Source: Bacteroidota bacterium (GTDB lineage Bacteria > Bacteroidota > Rhodothermia > Rhodothermales > JABDKH01). Taken from it: a stretch of DNA of 57,976 nt. Below are positions 1 to 8,118 of this stretch, piece after piece. Position numbers and translations under genes: made by a program. The notes below the pieces were generated by a model. That model was not told the DNA's origin and did no database searches. It was given only the letters and a program-made list of their open reading frames with translations. How positions within the stretch are numbered: position 1 is the stretch's first letter; every line of letters starts with the position of its first letter. The stretch is taken from positions 1 to 57,976 of the forward strand of contig JAGQWL010000143.1 of the NCBI GenBank assembly GCA_020437385.1, read 5' to 3'.

Positions 1-2567
1 CTTGCATATCCGCGGGGCACCGAGATCTGCCGATCGAAGCGGTAGCTGATTGCTTCCTGAAACTCGCCCTCCAGCACAATGCGGAAGACGTGTTGCGGCC
101 GCATCCCAGGGATCGACTGCGAAAGTGCGAGGTAGAGCTGATCTCCTCGATATGCGGATCCGTCCAGCGTGCCCGTATACGAGACAAAGGTGGCGCTTTG
201 CCACCGCGACAGGATATCATTCACGGCTCGGGCGGACTGCGAAGAGTAGGCAAACGCAAGCCGAGCCGACGTCAGTCGTCCGTTTCCGTTTTCGAACGGA
301 AATGTCGTGTCCCGATCCCATACGTCTGTCGCGGCGACCCCCGCTTCCACCGCGACCCGGTTGGTGAAGCTGCCGCGGTCGAACGCGAGTGGCACCGCGA
401 CGGAGCCGGAGATCGAGGATTCCATCCAACTCGATCGTCTTTCGGCTCCCGACTGATCGTTGTAATATTCTGTACGACCGCCATATTGGGCACGCATCGC
501 AATCGTTGGAAAGGCGCCGGCGTAGCGTGCCTCGGCGAAACCCGTTGTTGTCGATGCGTGTCGATCGTACAGTACTCCGGCACGCGTCTGCAGTGTATTC
601 AACAAACTGCGTGAACCGATCACGAAGGCAAGTGCGTTCTCATCTGCAGCGGGCGTCCAACCATAAACGGAAAACAGATCTCGCATCCGGTTGTACCGTT
701 CTGCCGGGGCGGACAGCTCCGGAGCGGCTGTTACGTCAACAGGAGCCCCACGGGTCTCCTGCCTTGTCAACAAATCAATGGCCGGATCGTCGCTTTTATC
801 CAGGGACTCCAGCTCGGTCCATTGAGATCGATCCAACTGAGCGACGGCCACACCGAGACCGCCCGGCGAATAATCGCTGAAGGCAATCTTCTTGCCGTCG
901 GACGAGACGTTCGGGTAGTATGCGCCGAGGCGCCGTGTAACAACTTCGTACAATTGACCGCTGTCGATATCCAGCGCGGCAATCTGGTCGATCCCGCCTC
1001 GGGCAGTTGTAAAGAGCACATGCCGACCTGACGTCTCGAGACTCCACGTATCGACAAAGGTTGCCGGCAGCACGTCGCGGAAAGCACCGCTATTAAGGTC
1101 CACAACAGAAATGGCCTTTCCGCGATCCGCATTCTGTCGGTTGATCACCAGGTGGCGTTCGTCGAGCCAGACGACATCGCTCACGAACTGATTGTCGGGA
1201 CTGGTAAACTTCTGCAACAACCTGCCGTTGCGATCCAGTATCACAACCGAACACTGGCGATCCGGGGGGAACTCGACTGCTGCAATGCGTTGTCCGTCTC
1301 GTGACAGGCTTGGGACAAAGTAGAACGATTGATGGGTGAGAGCACGGGACCGACGCGTCTGAATGTCGTAGGTCATCAAGACCGAATACTCAAGATTGCC
1401 CCATCGCGGGTGACTCCGTGTCTGACTCCACACAATCGTACTCCCCGAGGCCGAGAAGCCACCGAAATACGCAGCCGGATCGATGTATCCGATTCGATCG
1501 ACAGAACCATCAGGAAAGATGCGATACAGGACCCCCGTTCGCTGCGAACCTGACTCGATGGTTAGAATCGAACCATCGGGCAACCACGTCGGGTGCGCAA
1601 AGTTTGTCCATCGGCGGCCGTTGGCGGGCAATAGCACATCCGCGTCTGTCTCCTGGAGCGTCGTGCGTGCACGGGCCCAATTGACGGCGAGTTCATCCAT
1701 TGCGTCATTATAGATTCCCCGGGTACTGCGACCGGTGACTCCCCTCACGGCGAGGTCGAAAGACAACGGCAGCAATGCAAGCTGATTGGAGCGACGGATG
1801 ATTCGCTCCCACGCATCCGGGCCATAGGTTCGCTTGACGTACGACGTGAGAAGATACCCGAGGACGTAGCGGTTCGGATAGTAGTCGCGATAGGTACGGA
1901 ACATCGCCTTGTCGTAGGGATAGCGGATGCCGGCACTCAGCAGCGCTCTCACGTGCAGATCGAACGACGGCATACGTCCTCGACCCGATCGCGTGAAGGC
2001 AGTTTCGACGACAACGGCATCGCCCTCCCAGAACCACCCGGGGGCCGCGGCATTCGTTGAGACGGCCAGGCCCTGGTTTCCGAAAGCAAGCTGCATCAAC
2101 TTCGAAACCCCGTAGTTCATCGAGTGGATTTGCACGGCGTGGCGGTACTCATGAACAGCCAGAAGCTGGTACCACTCTCCCGTCCCGAGTCCGGAGTTGG
2201 CTCCCGGGAAGAACGGCCGGCTGCCGAACTCGGAACGTCTCGGCGTCAACGAGACATATCCGTTTGCTGTCGTTCCGGCTCCCAGTACAACGCGAAGCCG
2301 ATGGGTTCCTGAGCGCATCGTGTTGGCAGAGGGACCGTAGATGTAGTCAAGTATCCCCCCCGTCCGTCGCGCATCCTGTTCGATACGCGAGTCGAATACG
2401 ATCCTGAAGTGCGGTGAATCTATCTGTCGCCATCTTACCGAAGGCGGGTACTGCGCGAGATCCTGGGCGTTGCTTTCAGCTGATACGACGAAGCACGCAA
2501 CGCACAGCGCAGCCAACCGGCAGATATCACGGATTCGCCAGCGAGGATGGCGGTGGCGGTGGTCCAC
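1..2567 (-). CDS. Secreted multidomain protein, 3' end truncated by the window edge. It has an N-terminal HExxH metallopeptidase-like region, a TolB/PD40-like beta-propeller region, and a C-terminal beta-barrel-like region.
   Basis: I translated the reverse strand by hand and the frame stays open from a GTG at 2567 to position 1, which is why the ORF track omits it. The N-terminus (ICRLAALCVACFVVSAESNAQ) looks like a signal peptide. An AVHEYRHAV (HExxH) motif lies near 2120-2150. TolB-like strings such as YYPNVSSDGKKIAFSDYSPGG lie near 850-900. The C-terminal part is rich in alternating aromatic/polar residues (ISYRFDRQISVPRGYA). The exact start codon is uncertain. Confidence 0.7.
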   Translation of the reverse strand, partial: MDHRHRHPRWRIRDICRLAALCVACFVVSAESNAQDLAQYPPSVRWRQIDSPHFRIVFDSRIEQDARRTGGILDYIYGPSANTMRSGTHRLRVVLGAGTTANGYVSLTPRRSEFGSRPFFPGANSGLGTGEWYQLLAVHEYRHAVQIHSMNYGVSKLMQLAFGNQGLAVSTNAAAPGWFWEGDAVVVETAFTRSGRGRMPSFDLHVRALLSAGIRYPYDKAMFRTYRDYYPNRYVLGYLLTSYVKRTYGPDAWERIIRRSNQLALLPLSFDLAVRGVTGRSTRGIYNDAMDELAVNWARARTTLQETDADVLLPANGRRWTNFAHPTWLPDGSILTIESGSQRTGVLYRIFPDGSVDRIGYIDPAAYFGGFSASGSTIVWSQTRSHPRWGNLEYSVLMTYDIQTRRSRALTHQSFYFVPSLSRDGQRIAAVEFPPDRQCSVVILDRNGRLLQKFTSPDNQFVSDVVWLDERHLVINRQNADRGKAISVVDLNSGAFRDVLPATFVDTWSLETSGRHVLFTTARGGIDQIAALDIDSGQLYEVVTRRLGAYYPNVSSDGKKIAFSDYSPGGLGVAVAQLDRSQWTELESLDKSDDPAIDLLTRQETRGAPVDVTAAPELSAPAERYNRMRDLFSVYGWTPAADENALAFVIGSRSLLNTLQTRAGVLYDRHASTTTGFAEARYAGAFPTIAMRAQYGGRTEYYNDQSGAERRSSWMESSISGSVAVPLAFDRGSFTNRVAVEAGVAATDVWDRDTTFPFENGNGRLTSARLAFAYSSQSARAVNDILSRWQSATFVSYTGTLDGSAYRGDQLYLALSQSIPGMRPQHVFRIVLEGEFQEAISYRFDRQISVPRGYA

Positions 2568-2647
2568 CCGGCGGTTGAATAATGAGCATCTTGAAACCAC
2601 GGGCTCGGCGTATTAATAATCGACCGGTCCGGCCACCCGATCCGGAG

Positions 2648-3019
2648 CTACAATATGTGGCCGGCAGCCTTGAGAACACGACAGGCTTCGTCAAACTGCT
2701 TTGAGTGGACGAAGATGTAATCCGTGTCGAACGTCGATACGACAAAGATGGAGATGCGTGCAGCGCGCAGCGGTTGCGCAATGGCATCGACGGTCCCGAC
2801 AGCTGAGAATCCGAGATCGCCGTGCACCTTAAAGCAACGCCAGCCCTTCTCCGACTGCTCCGCGTCGGGTACAGCCGAGGCGTCACAAATTACCGAGCAC
2901 TGATCCGGGGTCCACGTGACAGATACCACATGACCCGAGGCCCAGGCAGGCATGGGCGCATCCGGAGCCAGCCTGACGATGGCGTATTCTCCGTCAACGA
3001 TGTCGAGTTTGAGAATCAT
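2648..3019 (-). CDS. ACT domain-containing protein (small-molecule-binding regulatory domain)
   Basis: This is a 123-aa ORF. The layout MILKLDIVDGEYAIVRL...VSVTWTPDQCSVICD...WRCFKVHGDLGFSAVG...ISIFVVSTFDTDYIFV is typical of the stand-alone ACT_7/CASTOR-like family. Confidence 0.7.
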   Translation of the reverse strand: MILKLDIVDGEYAIVRLAPDAPMPAWASGHVVSVTWTPDQCSVICDASAVPDAEQSEKGWRCFKVHGDLGFSAVGTVDAIAQPLRAARISIFVVSTFDTDYIFVHSKQFDEACRVLKAAGHIL

Positions 3020-3713
3020 AGTAAGGGCTGGTTGCAGCAGTGAGTCAAAGTTGTTGGTCCGATGGACCCGATGTCAGAAAATACGGAATCCGATCGGACA
3101 TTCTGATCCAACGTCGGAGGCAATCGACGGGAAGTCGCGTGCTACCCGGACAAGGACAATGCCCGCGCCGCGACGGATCTCGTACCGCCGACGCGTCTCC
3201 GACAGCCATTCGAAGCGAGCAACCGGACGCTCCCGACCACCGGTTTGCAAGAAATTCTAACTCGCGTTCCAGCCGGTAGTGACGCCGGCTCCGACCTTGC
3301 GCATCGCCGACTGAAGCGCGTCGTGATTGCGAATCGCGATTGAGATGTCGAAGCATTCGACGGCATCGGAGCGTCGCCAATGTCGGCCTGGCGAGAGCCG
3401 CTCCTCGACTCGCTCGCACCCGCGAAGAGAAGAAATTTCCGCGTGCAACAGGGGATGAAAATGCGCGCCTTCGAGTCCGCTTCGCGCACTGCTCGATGGC
3501 GAGCAATGTAGGAGCCGGCGACTCGGCGCCGGACACCCGGCACACCGCTGACGACAGTGCATCAATGGTAGAGGAAGCGAGGGGACGACTACTCTGTTTC
3601 GATCACTTCCGCTACGCCACGTGGGCGTATGACCCAGTCTGCAACGCAGAAACGTTGCCTTCGATCACAGTGGCAAAAAGGCCATTACGAACGAAATAAC
3701 ACACTTTTGCAAG

Positions 3714-3962
3714 ATGCGGGAGGTATGCGTGCGGGGAGATACACGCGTTAGTTACGGCGCGGTCATGTCCGTGATGTCAGCGACGGAGAGCGAGTTGAGC
3801 GGGCCGATGTGCACGAACAACTTCGAGATGATCTGTCGCTCCATCGCCAAGACTACGGTGAGAGAAAGCGTGTCGAGTCATACTCGATGCGGCGTGTTGC
3901 ACGACTCGACTGTGTACTTCGAGCAACGGTCGACGCGTCTCGACACGGTGCGACCGATTTAA
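3714..3962 (+). CDS. Hypothetical small protein (start uncertain, internal ATGs possible)
   Basis: This 82-aa ORF has high third-position GC (about 75% by eye), higher than its codon-aligned antisense frame. I recognise no family. Confidence 0.3.
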   Translation: MREVCVRGDTRVSYGAVMSVMSATESELSGPMCTNNFEMICRSIAKTTVRESVSSHTRCGVLHDSTVYFEQRSTRLDTVRPI

Positions 3963-3983
3963 GTTTTTTGCAAAAGGGTACGA

Positions 3984-4340
3984 CTATTGGTTGTTCACTG
4001 AATGCACCGCAAGCAGCGGGGAGCAGAACGAGTGTAAGTGCTCTTTGAGTTGTGTCACCGACGCAGTCAAGTCGACGCCGCGCGTCTTCGTCGAGACCTC
4101 TAATGCATGACCGAGTGTCGCGACGATCGGGTAGCAGCCGATGACAATTGCAAGAAAAAAATTGCAATGTTCGAAATGAACGACGTATTTTTTTTCTGTA
4201 CTCCCGATTGTGCCGTTGACATGGCGGAAGGTTGCTCGACAGTTTTCGACGTGGATCTCGGAGACGATGTAGCCGGAGAGCGGGGTGCATTCAAGGTAAA
4301 CGTTCCTAACAAACGGAGTGGATTCAATGGCCAAAACCAC
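3984..4340 (-). CDS. Hypothetical Cys/His-rich small protein (candidate only)
   Basis: This is the 3' third of track ORF 3984..4811. In-frame GTG (4340) and TTG (4334) start candidates exist. GC3 is clearly higher than in the codon-aligned plus ORF 4107..4358, and the composition is non-repetitive (VYLECTPLSGYIVSEIHVENCRATFRHVNG...HFEHC...). With either start it would overlap the divergent histone-like gene start by about 14 nt. No homology recognised. Confidence 0.25.
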   Translation of the reverse strand: MVLAIESTPFVRNVYLECTPLSGYIVSEIHVENCRATFRHVNGTIGSTEKKYVVHFEHCNFFLAIVIGCYPIVATLGHALEVSTKTRGVDLTASVTQLKEHLHSFCSPLLAVHSVNNQ

Positions 4341-4671
4341 TGCGAAGAAGTCTACTAAGAAGACTGCCGCAAAGAAGACTGCCAAGAAGGCAGCCAAAAA
4401 GAAAGTAGCCAAGAAGCGACCAGCCAAGAAGGCTGCAAAGAAGAAAGTCGCTAAGAAGGCTGCGAAGAAAAAAGTAGCCAAGAAGCGACCAGCCAAGAAG
4501 GCTGCAAAGAAGAAAGTCGCCAAGAAGGCTGCGAAGAAAAAAGTAGCCAAGAAGCGACCAGCCAAGAAGGCTGCAAAGAAGAAAGTCGCTAAGAAGGCCG
4601 CGAAGAAGAAAGTCGCCAAGAAGCGAACGGCCAAGAAGGCTGCGACGAAGAAGGCAACCACCAAGAAGTAG
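4327..4671 (+). CDS. Histone H1-like / Hc1-like lysine-alanine-rich nucleoid protein
   Basis: The sequence MAKTTAKKSTKKTAAKK is followed by iterated KKAAKKKVAKKRPAKK units and is about 45% Lys. I prefer the ATG at 4327 (GGAG lies 9 nt upstream) over the track GTG at 4318. Confidence 0.85.
   Translation: MAKTTAKKSTKKTAAKKTAKKAAKKKVAKKRPAKKAAKKKVAKKAAKKKVAKKRPAKKAAKKKVAKKAAKKKVAKKRPAKKAAKKKVAKKAAKKKVAKKRTAKKAATKKATTKK
4405..4650. repeat. Tandem 69-bp (23-codon) repeat, about 3.5 copies, inside the histone-like CDS
   Basis: Units start at 4405, 4474, 4543 and 4612 (gtagccaagaagcgaccagccaagaaggctgcaaagaagaaagtcgc...). The first three are nearly identical at nucleotide level and the fourth is degenerate. 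Confidence 0.9.
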
Positions 4672-4707
4672 TTCTGCCTGAGTCGTCGTAAAGACACTCT
4701 AAAGTGC

Positions 4708-4746
4708 GAAAAGGCCCACCCCGTAGAGACGGAGTGGGCCTTTTTC
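4708..4746. terminator. Rho-independent terminator, probably bidirectional (histone-like gene on + strand, phosphohexomutase on - strand)
   Basis: GGCCCAC (4713-4719) pairs with GTGGGCC (4734-4740). TTTTT follows it and an A-run precedes it. It sits between two convergent genes. Confidence 0.8.
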
Positions 4747-4832
4747 GTTGTCTCGCATCGTTTTGTGCGGTGGATGCCTTGCGTGCCGCCGACGGCGGAC
4801 TGCAACATCACCGAACGCCGAAGCCGGGCAGG

Positions 4833-6308
4833 CTAAACTCCAAGCTGTTTGATCGCGTCCTCGACAAGACCGACAGCCTTCTCCTGGGTCTGGGCTTCCG
4901 AATAGACACGCAGTACTGGTTCCGTTCCGGACGGTCGAACGAGAAGCCAGCCGTGGTCGGTGATGTGCTTGTAACCGTCGAGCGTCTGGAAGTCGACAAC
5001 TGCCTGCCGGTCGACGGCTGTCAATCCGCCGTCTTCCTTCAGCCGCTTCAAGACCTTCTGCTTCGCAGCCTCTGTCGTGTGTACATCCACTCGATGCCAG
5101 TAGTGCGAACCGAACTCATCGTAAAGCTCATCCACCAGTTCCGACAGTTTCTTTTCACGGCGGACCATCATCTCGAGCATGAGCAACCCGATGTACACAC
5201 CGTCTCGCTCAGGGATGTGCCCCTTGACCGCCATGCCGCCTGACTCTTCCCCACCGACCAGCACATCACCCTCCACAATCTTCGAAGCGATGTACTTGAA
5301 TCCAATCTTCGTGGTATCGACGGGCAGGCCGTAAGCCTTGCCCATCTTGTCGAGCATGTGCGTGGTCGAGAAGGTTTTGACGATCCCACCCGTGAGTCCC
5401 TTCTCCGTGTGCAAGTACTTGACCAGCAGCGCGAGGAGAAGGTGCGAACTGACGAACTCCCCTTTCTCGTCCGTCATCCCAATGCGGTCGGCATCGCCAT
5501 CGTTGGCAATCCCGACGTCGCACTTCCGCTTAACCACCGTGTCAACCAGTTCCGCAAGGTTCTTTTCAATTGGCTCCGGAGCATTGCCGTGGAATCCGGG
5601 ATTCCAGTCCGCGTGGAGTTCAACAACCTGACTTTCGTCAAGCAACGAACTGAAGAAGCCCTGGCCTGCGCCGAACATGGCGTCATGGGCAATCCGGATT
5701 CCCGACGCCTTTATCGACTCAAGATCGATCGACCGCGACAGCATTGCCTTGAACTCGCTGCTCAGGTCCTTCAGCTCGACTCGCCCCGCCGCGACATAGT
5801 CTTCAAACGAGTAATTGATTGGCTTAATGGCCACACCCGACAGTTCATCTTCGACGGCATCGATCATCTCGGGAGTTGCCGGACCACCAAAATCCGCCTT
5901 GATCTTGAAGCCGCTGTATTTGGGAGGATTGTGGCTTGCCGTGATGACAATCCCGGCGTTGCATCCGAACTCCTTCGCCGCCCAGCTCACCGCCGGCGTC
6001 GTCGTGAACGTCGACGACAGAATCGAGGTAATCCCCTCATCCGCAAAGACGCGCGCAACGGACTGGGAAAATTCCTTTCCGAGGAACCGGGTATCATAGC
6101 CGATCACGACTCGTGGTGCGTTCCCGTAGTTCTTCTTCAGCCATCGCGCAGTTGCCCGCGTAACGAGCTCCAGATTCGCGAAAGTGAACCCTTCTCCGAT
6201 GACCGCCCTCCAGCCATCTGTACCAAACTTGATCTTGTAATCAGTCATTTCGTCCGTCTTGAGTTGTCGATTTGTCCCGGCGGGAATTGCGGGGATCTCT
6301 AGTGTCAA
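4833..6308 (-). CDS. Phosphoglucomutase/phosphomannomutase family protein (alpha-D-phosphohexomutase)
   Basis: It carries the active-site loop GIVITASHNPPKYSGFK and an N-terminal KFGTDGWRA. The start is either a TTG at 6308 (TTGA overlap with the recN stop) or an ATG at 6248 (MTDYKIKFGTDGWR), which looks more canonical. Confidence 0.92.
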   Translation of the reverse strand: MTLEIPAIPAGTNRQLKTDEMTDYKIKFGTDGWRAVIGEGFTFANLELVTRATARWLKKNYGNAPRVVIGYDTRFLGKEFSQSVARVFADEGITSILSSTFTTTPAVSWAAKEFGCNAGIVITASHNPPKYSGFKIKADFGGPATPEMIDAVEDELSGVAIKPINYSFEDYVAAGRVELKDLSSEFKAMLSRSIDLESIKASGIRIAHDAMFGAGQGFFSSLLDESQVVELHADWNPGFHGNAPEPIEKNLAELVDTVVKRKCDVGIANDGDADRIGMTDEKGEFVSSHLLLALLVKYLHTEKGLTGGIVKTFSTTHMLDKMGKAYGLPVDTTKIGFKYIASKIVEGDVLVGGEESGGMAVKGHIPERDGVYIGLLMLEMMVRREKKLSELVDELYDEFGSHYWHRVDVHTTEAAKQKVLKRLKEDGGLTAVDRQAVVDFQTLDGYKHITDHGWLLVRPSGTEPVLRVYSEAQTQEKAVGLVEDAIKQLGV

Positions 6309-8017
6309 TTCAGGTTCGAGCGCAGCAGTTCCCGCGCCGACGCAAGGCCTGCTTCCGTCACTTCCAGTCCGCTGATCAGGCTCGCCACCTGTGCGGCCCT
6401 CTCCTCCGGATCCAGAAGTCGAATGCCCGTTCGCGTTCGCTGGCCCTTCTTCTCCTTCTCCACAACGTAGTGGCGATCTCCTGCCGCGGCGATTTGCGGC
6501 AGATGGGTAATCGTGATCAGTTGGTGGCGCCGGGCGAGGAACGCCATTCGCTCGGCCACACGTTGCGCGATTGCGCCCGATATTCCAACATCGATCTCGT
6601 CGAAGACGAGGATCGGCAGGGATTCTCGCTGCGCCAGAATCTGTTTGAGTGCGAGCATGATGCGGCTTACTTCGCCGCCGGAGGCCACCTTTCGGAGCGA
6701 GCGCAACTCCTCACCCTGATTGGCTGATATCAGGAATTCGACGCGGTCTATTCCATCGGCGAAGGCGCGCACCGCCTGACGCTTGCCATCGGCCTCGATC
6801 TGCACCCATCCATCTTCATTGACATCACCATCGAAAGAGACCGAAAAGCGGGATCCCTGGAGTCCCAGGCTCTCCAGCTCATCCACGATCTTTCTCTCAA
6901 CCTCGGACGCCGATTTTCGACGCGCGGCAGACAGCTTGTTCGCCGCCAGGGAGAGCTCGTCGAGTGCGTGCGATCGCTTTTGTTCGAGTGACCGGATGGC
7001 GTCGTCGAGACCAACTGTCTCCTCAAGGCTGCCGGCTATTCGTTTACGGTACTCGAGCACGGCCTCAATCGACCCGCCATACTTTCGCTTCAGCGATTCA
7101 AACTGTCCGAGACGCTCGCGGATCTCGGCAAGGCGCGCATCGTCCGAGGCGACATCGTCGCCGTAGGATGCAAGCTCCTTTGCTACTTCATCGATCGAAA
7201 TTCCGGCGCTTCGCAATTCACCGGCGAGATTCCTGAGGCGGCCATCGAGTCGTGAAGCGTCAGCGACCAGTCTCTCGATCGTCGATAGCCGATCGTGGAT
7301 CGACTCTTCCGCACCGTACAACTCCTCGTACGCAGTGGCCGCCGTGTCACGCAGCTTTTCCGCGTTTTCAAGTACACCGAGCTCCTCGTCGAGAGATTCC
7401 TCCTCTCCGGCACGCGGATCTACGGCGTCGATCTCGTTGAGTTGGAAGCCATGCAGTTCCTCCGTCTGTCTCAACACAGCCTCCCGAGACCGCAGTTCCG
7501 ACACATCCTCGTCCAGTCGACGCACCGCTGCGAGGTGGCGCGAATAGGAATCCAGCAGCGGTTGATGGCGACCGAACGTGTCGAGCAGCTCAAGGTGCGT
7601 TTCGCGCCGCAACAATGACTGTTGATCGTGCTGTCCATGCAGGTCAATCAACTCGGACGAGATCTCCTTGAGTACCGAAACCGGAACCGGATAGTCGTTG
7701 ACGAATGCCCGGCTTCCGCTATCGGACAACTCGCGCCGCAAAATGAGATCGCTGAAGTGTTCGTTCGGGTATTCGGCAAGAAGCCGGAGCACCGACGCGT
7801 TTTCGTCGACAACGAATACACCTTCAACGACTGCCTTGGAGACTCCTGTCCGGATCATGTCCGTCGAGGCTCGGCCGCCAAGGATCAGCTTCAGCGCGCC
7901 GAGAAGAATCGACTTGCCCGCTCCGGTCTCGCCAGTGATAATGTTAAGGCCGGAGCCGAACTCGACATCGATGTTGTCGATCAGGGCGTAACCGGATATG
8001 TGCAGGGACTTGAGCAA
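6305..8017 (-). CDS. recN: DNA repair protein RecN
   Basis: It has a Walker A motif (ITGETGAGKSILLGAL), a long coiled-coil middle region, and a C-terminal SGGEVSRIMLALK...LVFDEIDVGISG. The track ORF extends to 8167, but a TTG at 8017 gives the canonical N-terminus MLKSLHISGYALI. Confidence 0.93.
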   Translation of the reverse strand: MLKSLHISGYALIDNIDVEFGSGLNIITGETGAGKSILLGALKLILGGRASTDMIRTGVSKAVVEGVFVVDENASVLRLLAEYPNEHFSDLILRRELSDSGSRAFVNDYPVPVSVLKEISSELIDLHGQHDQQSLLRRETHLELLDTFGRHQPLLDSYSRHLAAVRRLDEDVSELRSREAVLRQTEELHGFQLNEIDAVDPRAGEEESLDEELGVLENAEKLRDTAATAYEELYGAEESIHDRLSTIERLVADASRLDGRLRNLAGELRSAGISIDEVAKELASYGDDVASDDARLAEIRERLGQFESLKRKYGGSIEAVLEYRKRIAGSLEETVGLDDAIRSLEQKRSHALDELSLAANKLSAARRKSASEVERKIVDELESLGLQGSRFSVSFDGDVNEDGWVQIEADGKRQAVRAFADGIDRVEFLISANQGEELRSLRKVASGGEVSRIMLALKQILAQRESLPILVFDEIDVGISGAIAQRVAERMAFLARRHQLITITHLPQIAAAGDRHYVVEKEKKGQRTRTGIRLLDPEERAAQVASLISGLEVTEAGLASARELLRSNLN

Positions 8018-8118
8018 AGGGCAGACCGCGACTGGATGCGAGAAGTTACTCCCGGCCCCAGGCTGAATCAACGAGAGCCGAATGCGGCCGGGGACAAAAC
8101 CCTGGCCGCCTCCCGGAA

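Noticed and set aside
3045-3699. Several overlapping 100-166-aa ORFs on both strands (3045..3545, 3142..3543, 3257..3565, 3340..3699)
   Set aside because: Their products are Arg/Ser/Cys-rich and low-complexity, which is typical of spurious frames in high-GC DNA. The ORFs are mutually exclusive and none shows a recognisable motif. The C-terminal half of 3257..3565 has moderately coding-like GC3, but I could not find a credible start or family. It stays unresolved rather than called.
3984-4811. 275-aa minus-strand ORF with FFFAAFLA-type repeats
   Set aside because: The part from about 4341 to 4811 is simply the antisense reading of the Lys/Ala (AAG/GCN) repeats of the histone-like gene and its terminator region. 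Only the non-repetitive 3' third (3984..4340) is kept, as a low-confidence candidate.
5358-6302. 314-aa plus-strand ORF
   Set aside because: It is antisense to the well-supported phosphohexomutase gene and has an Arg-rich shadow-ORF composition.
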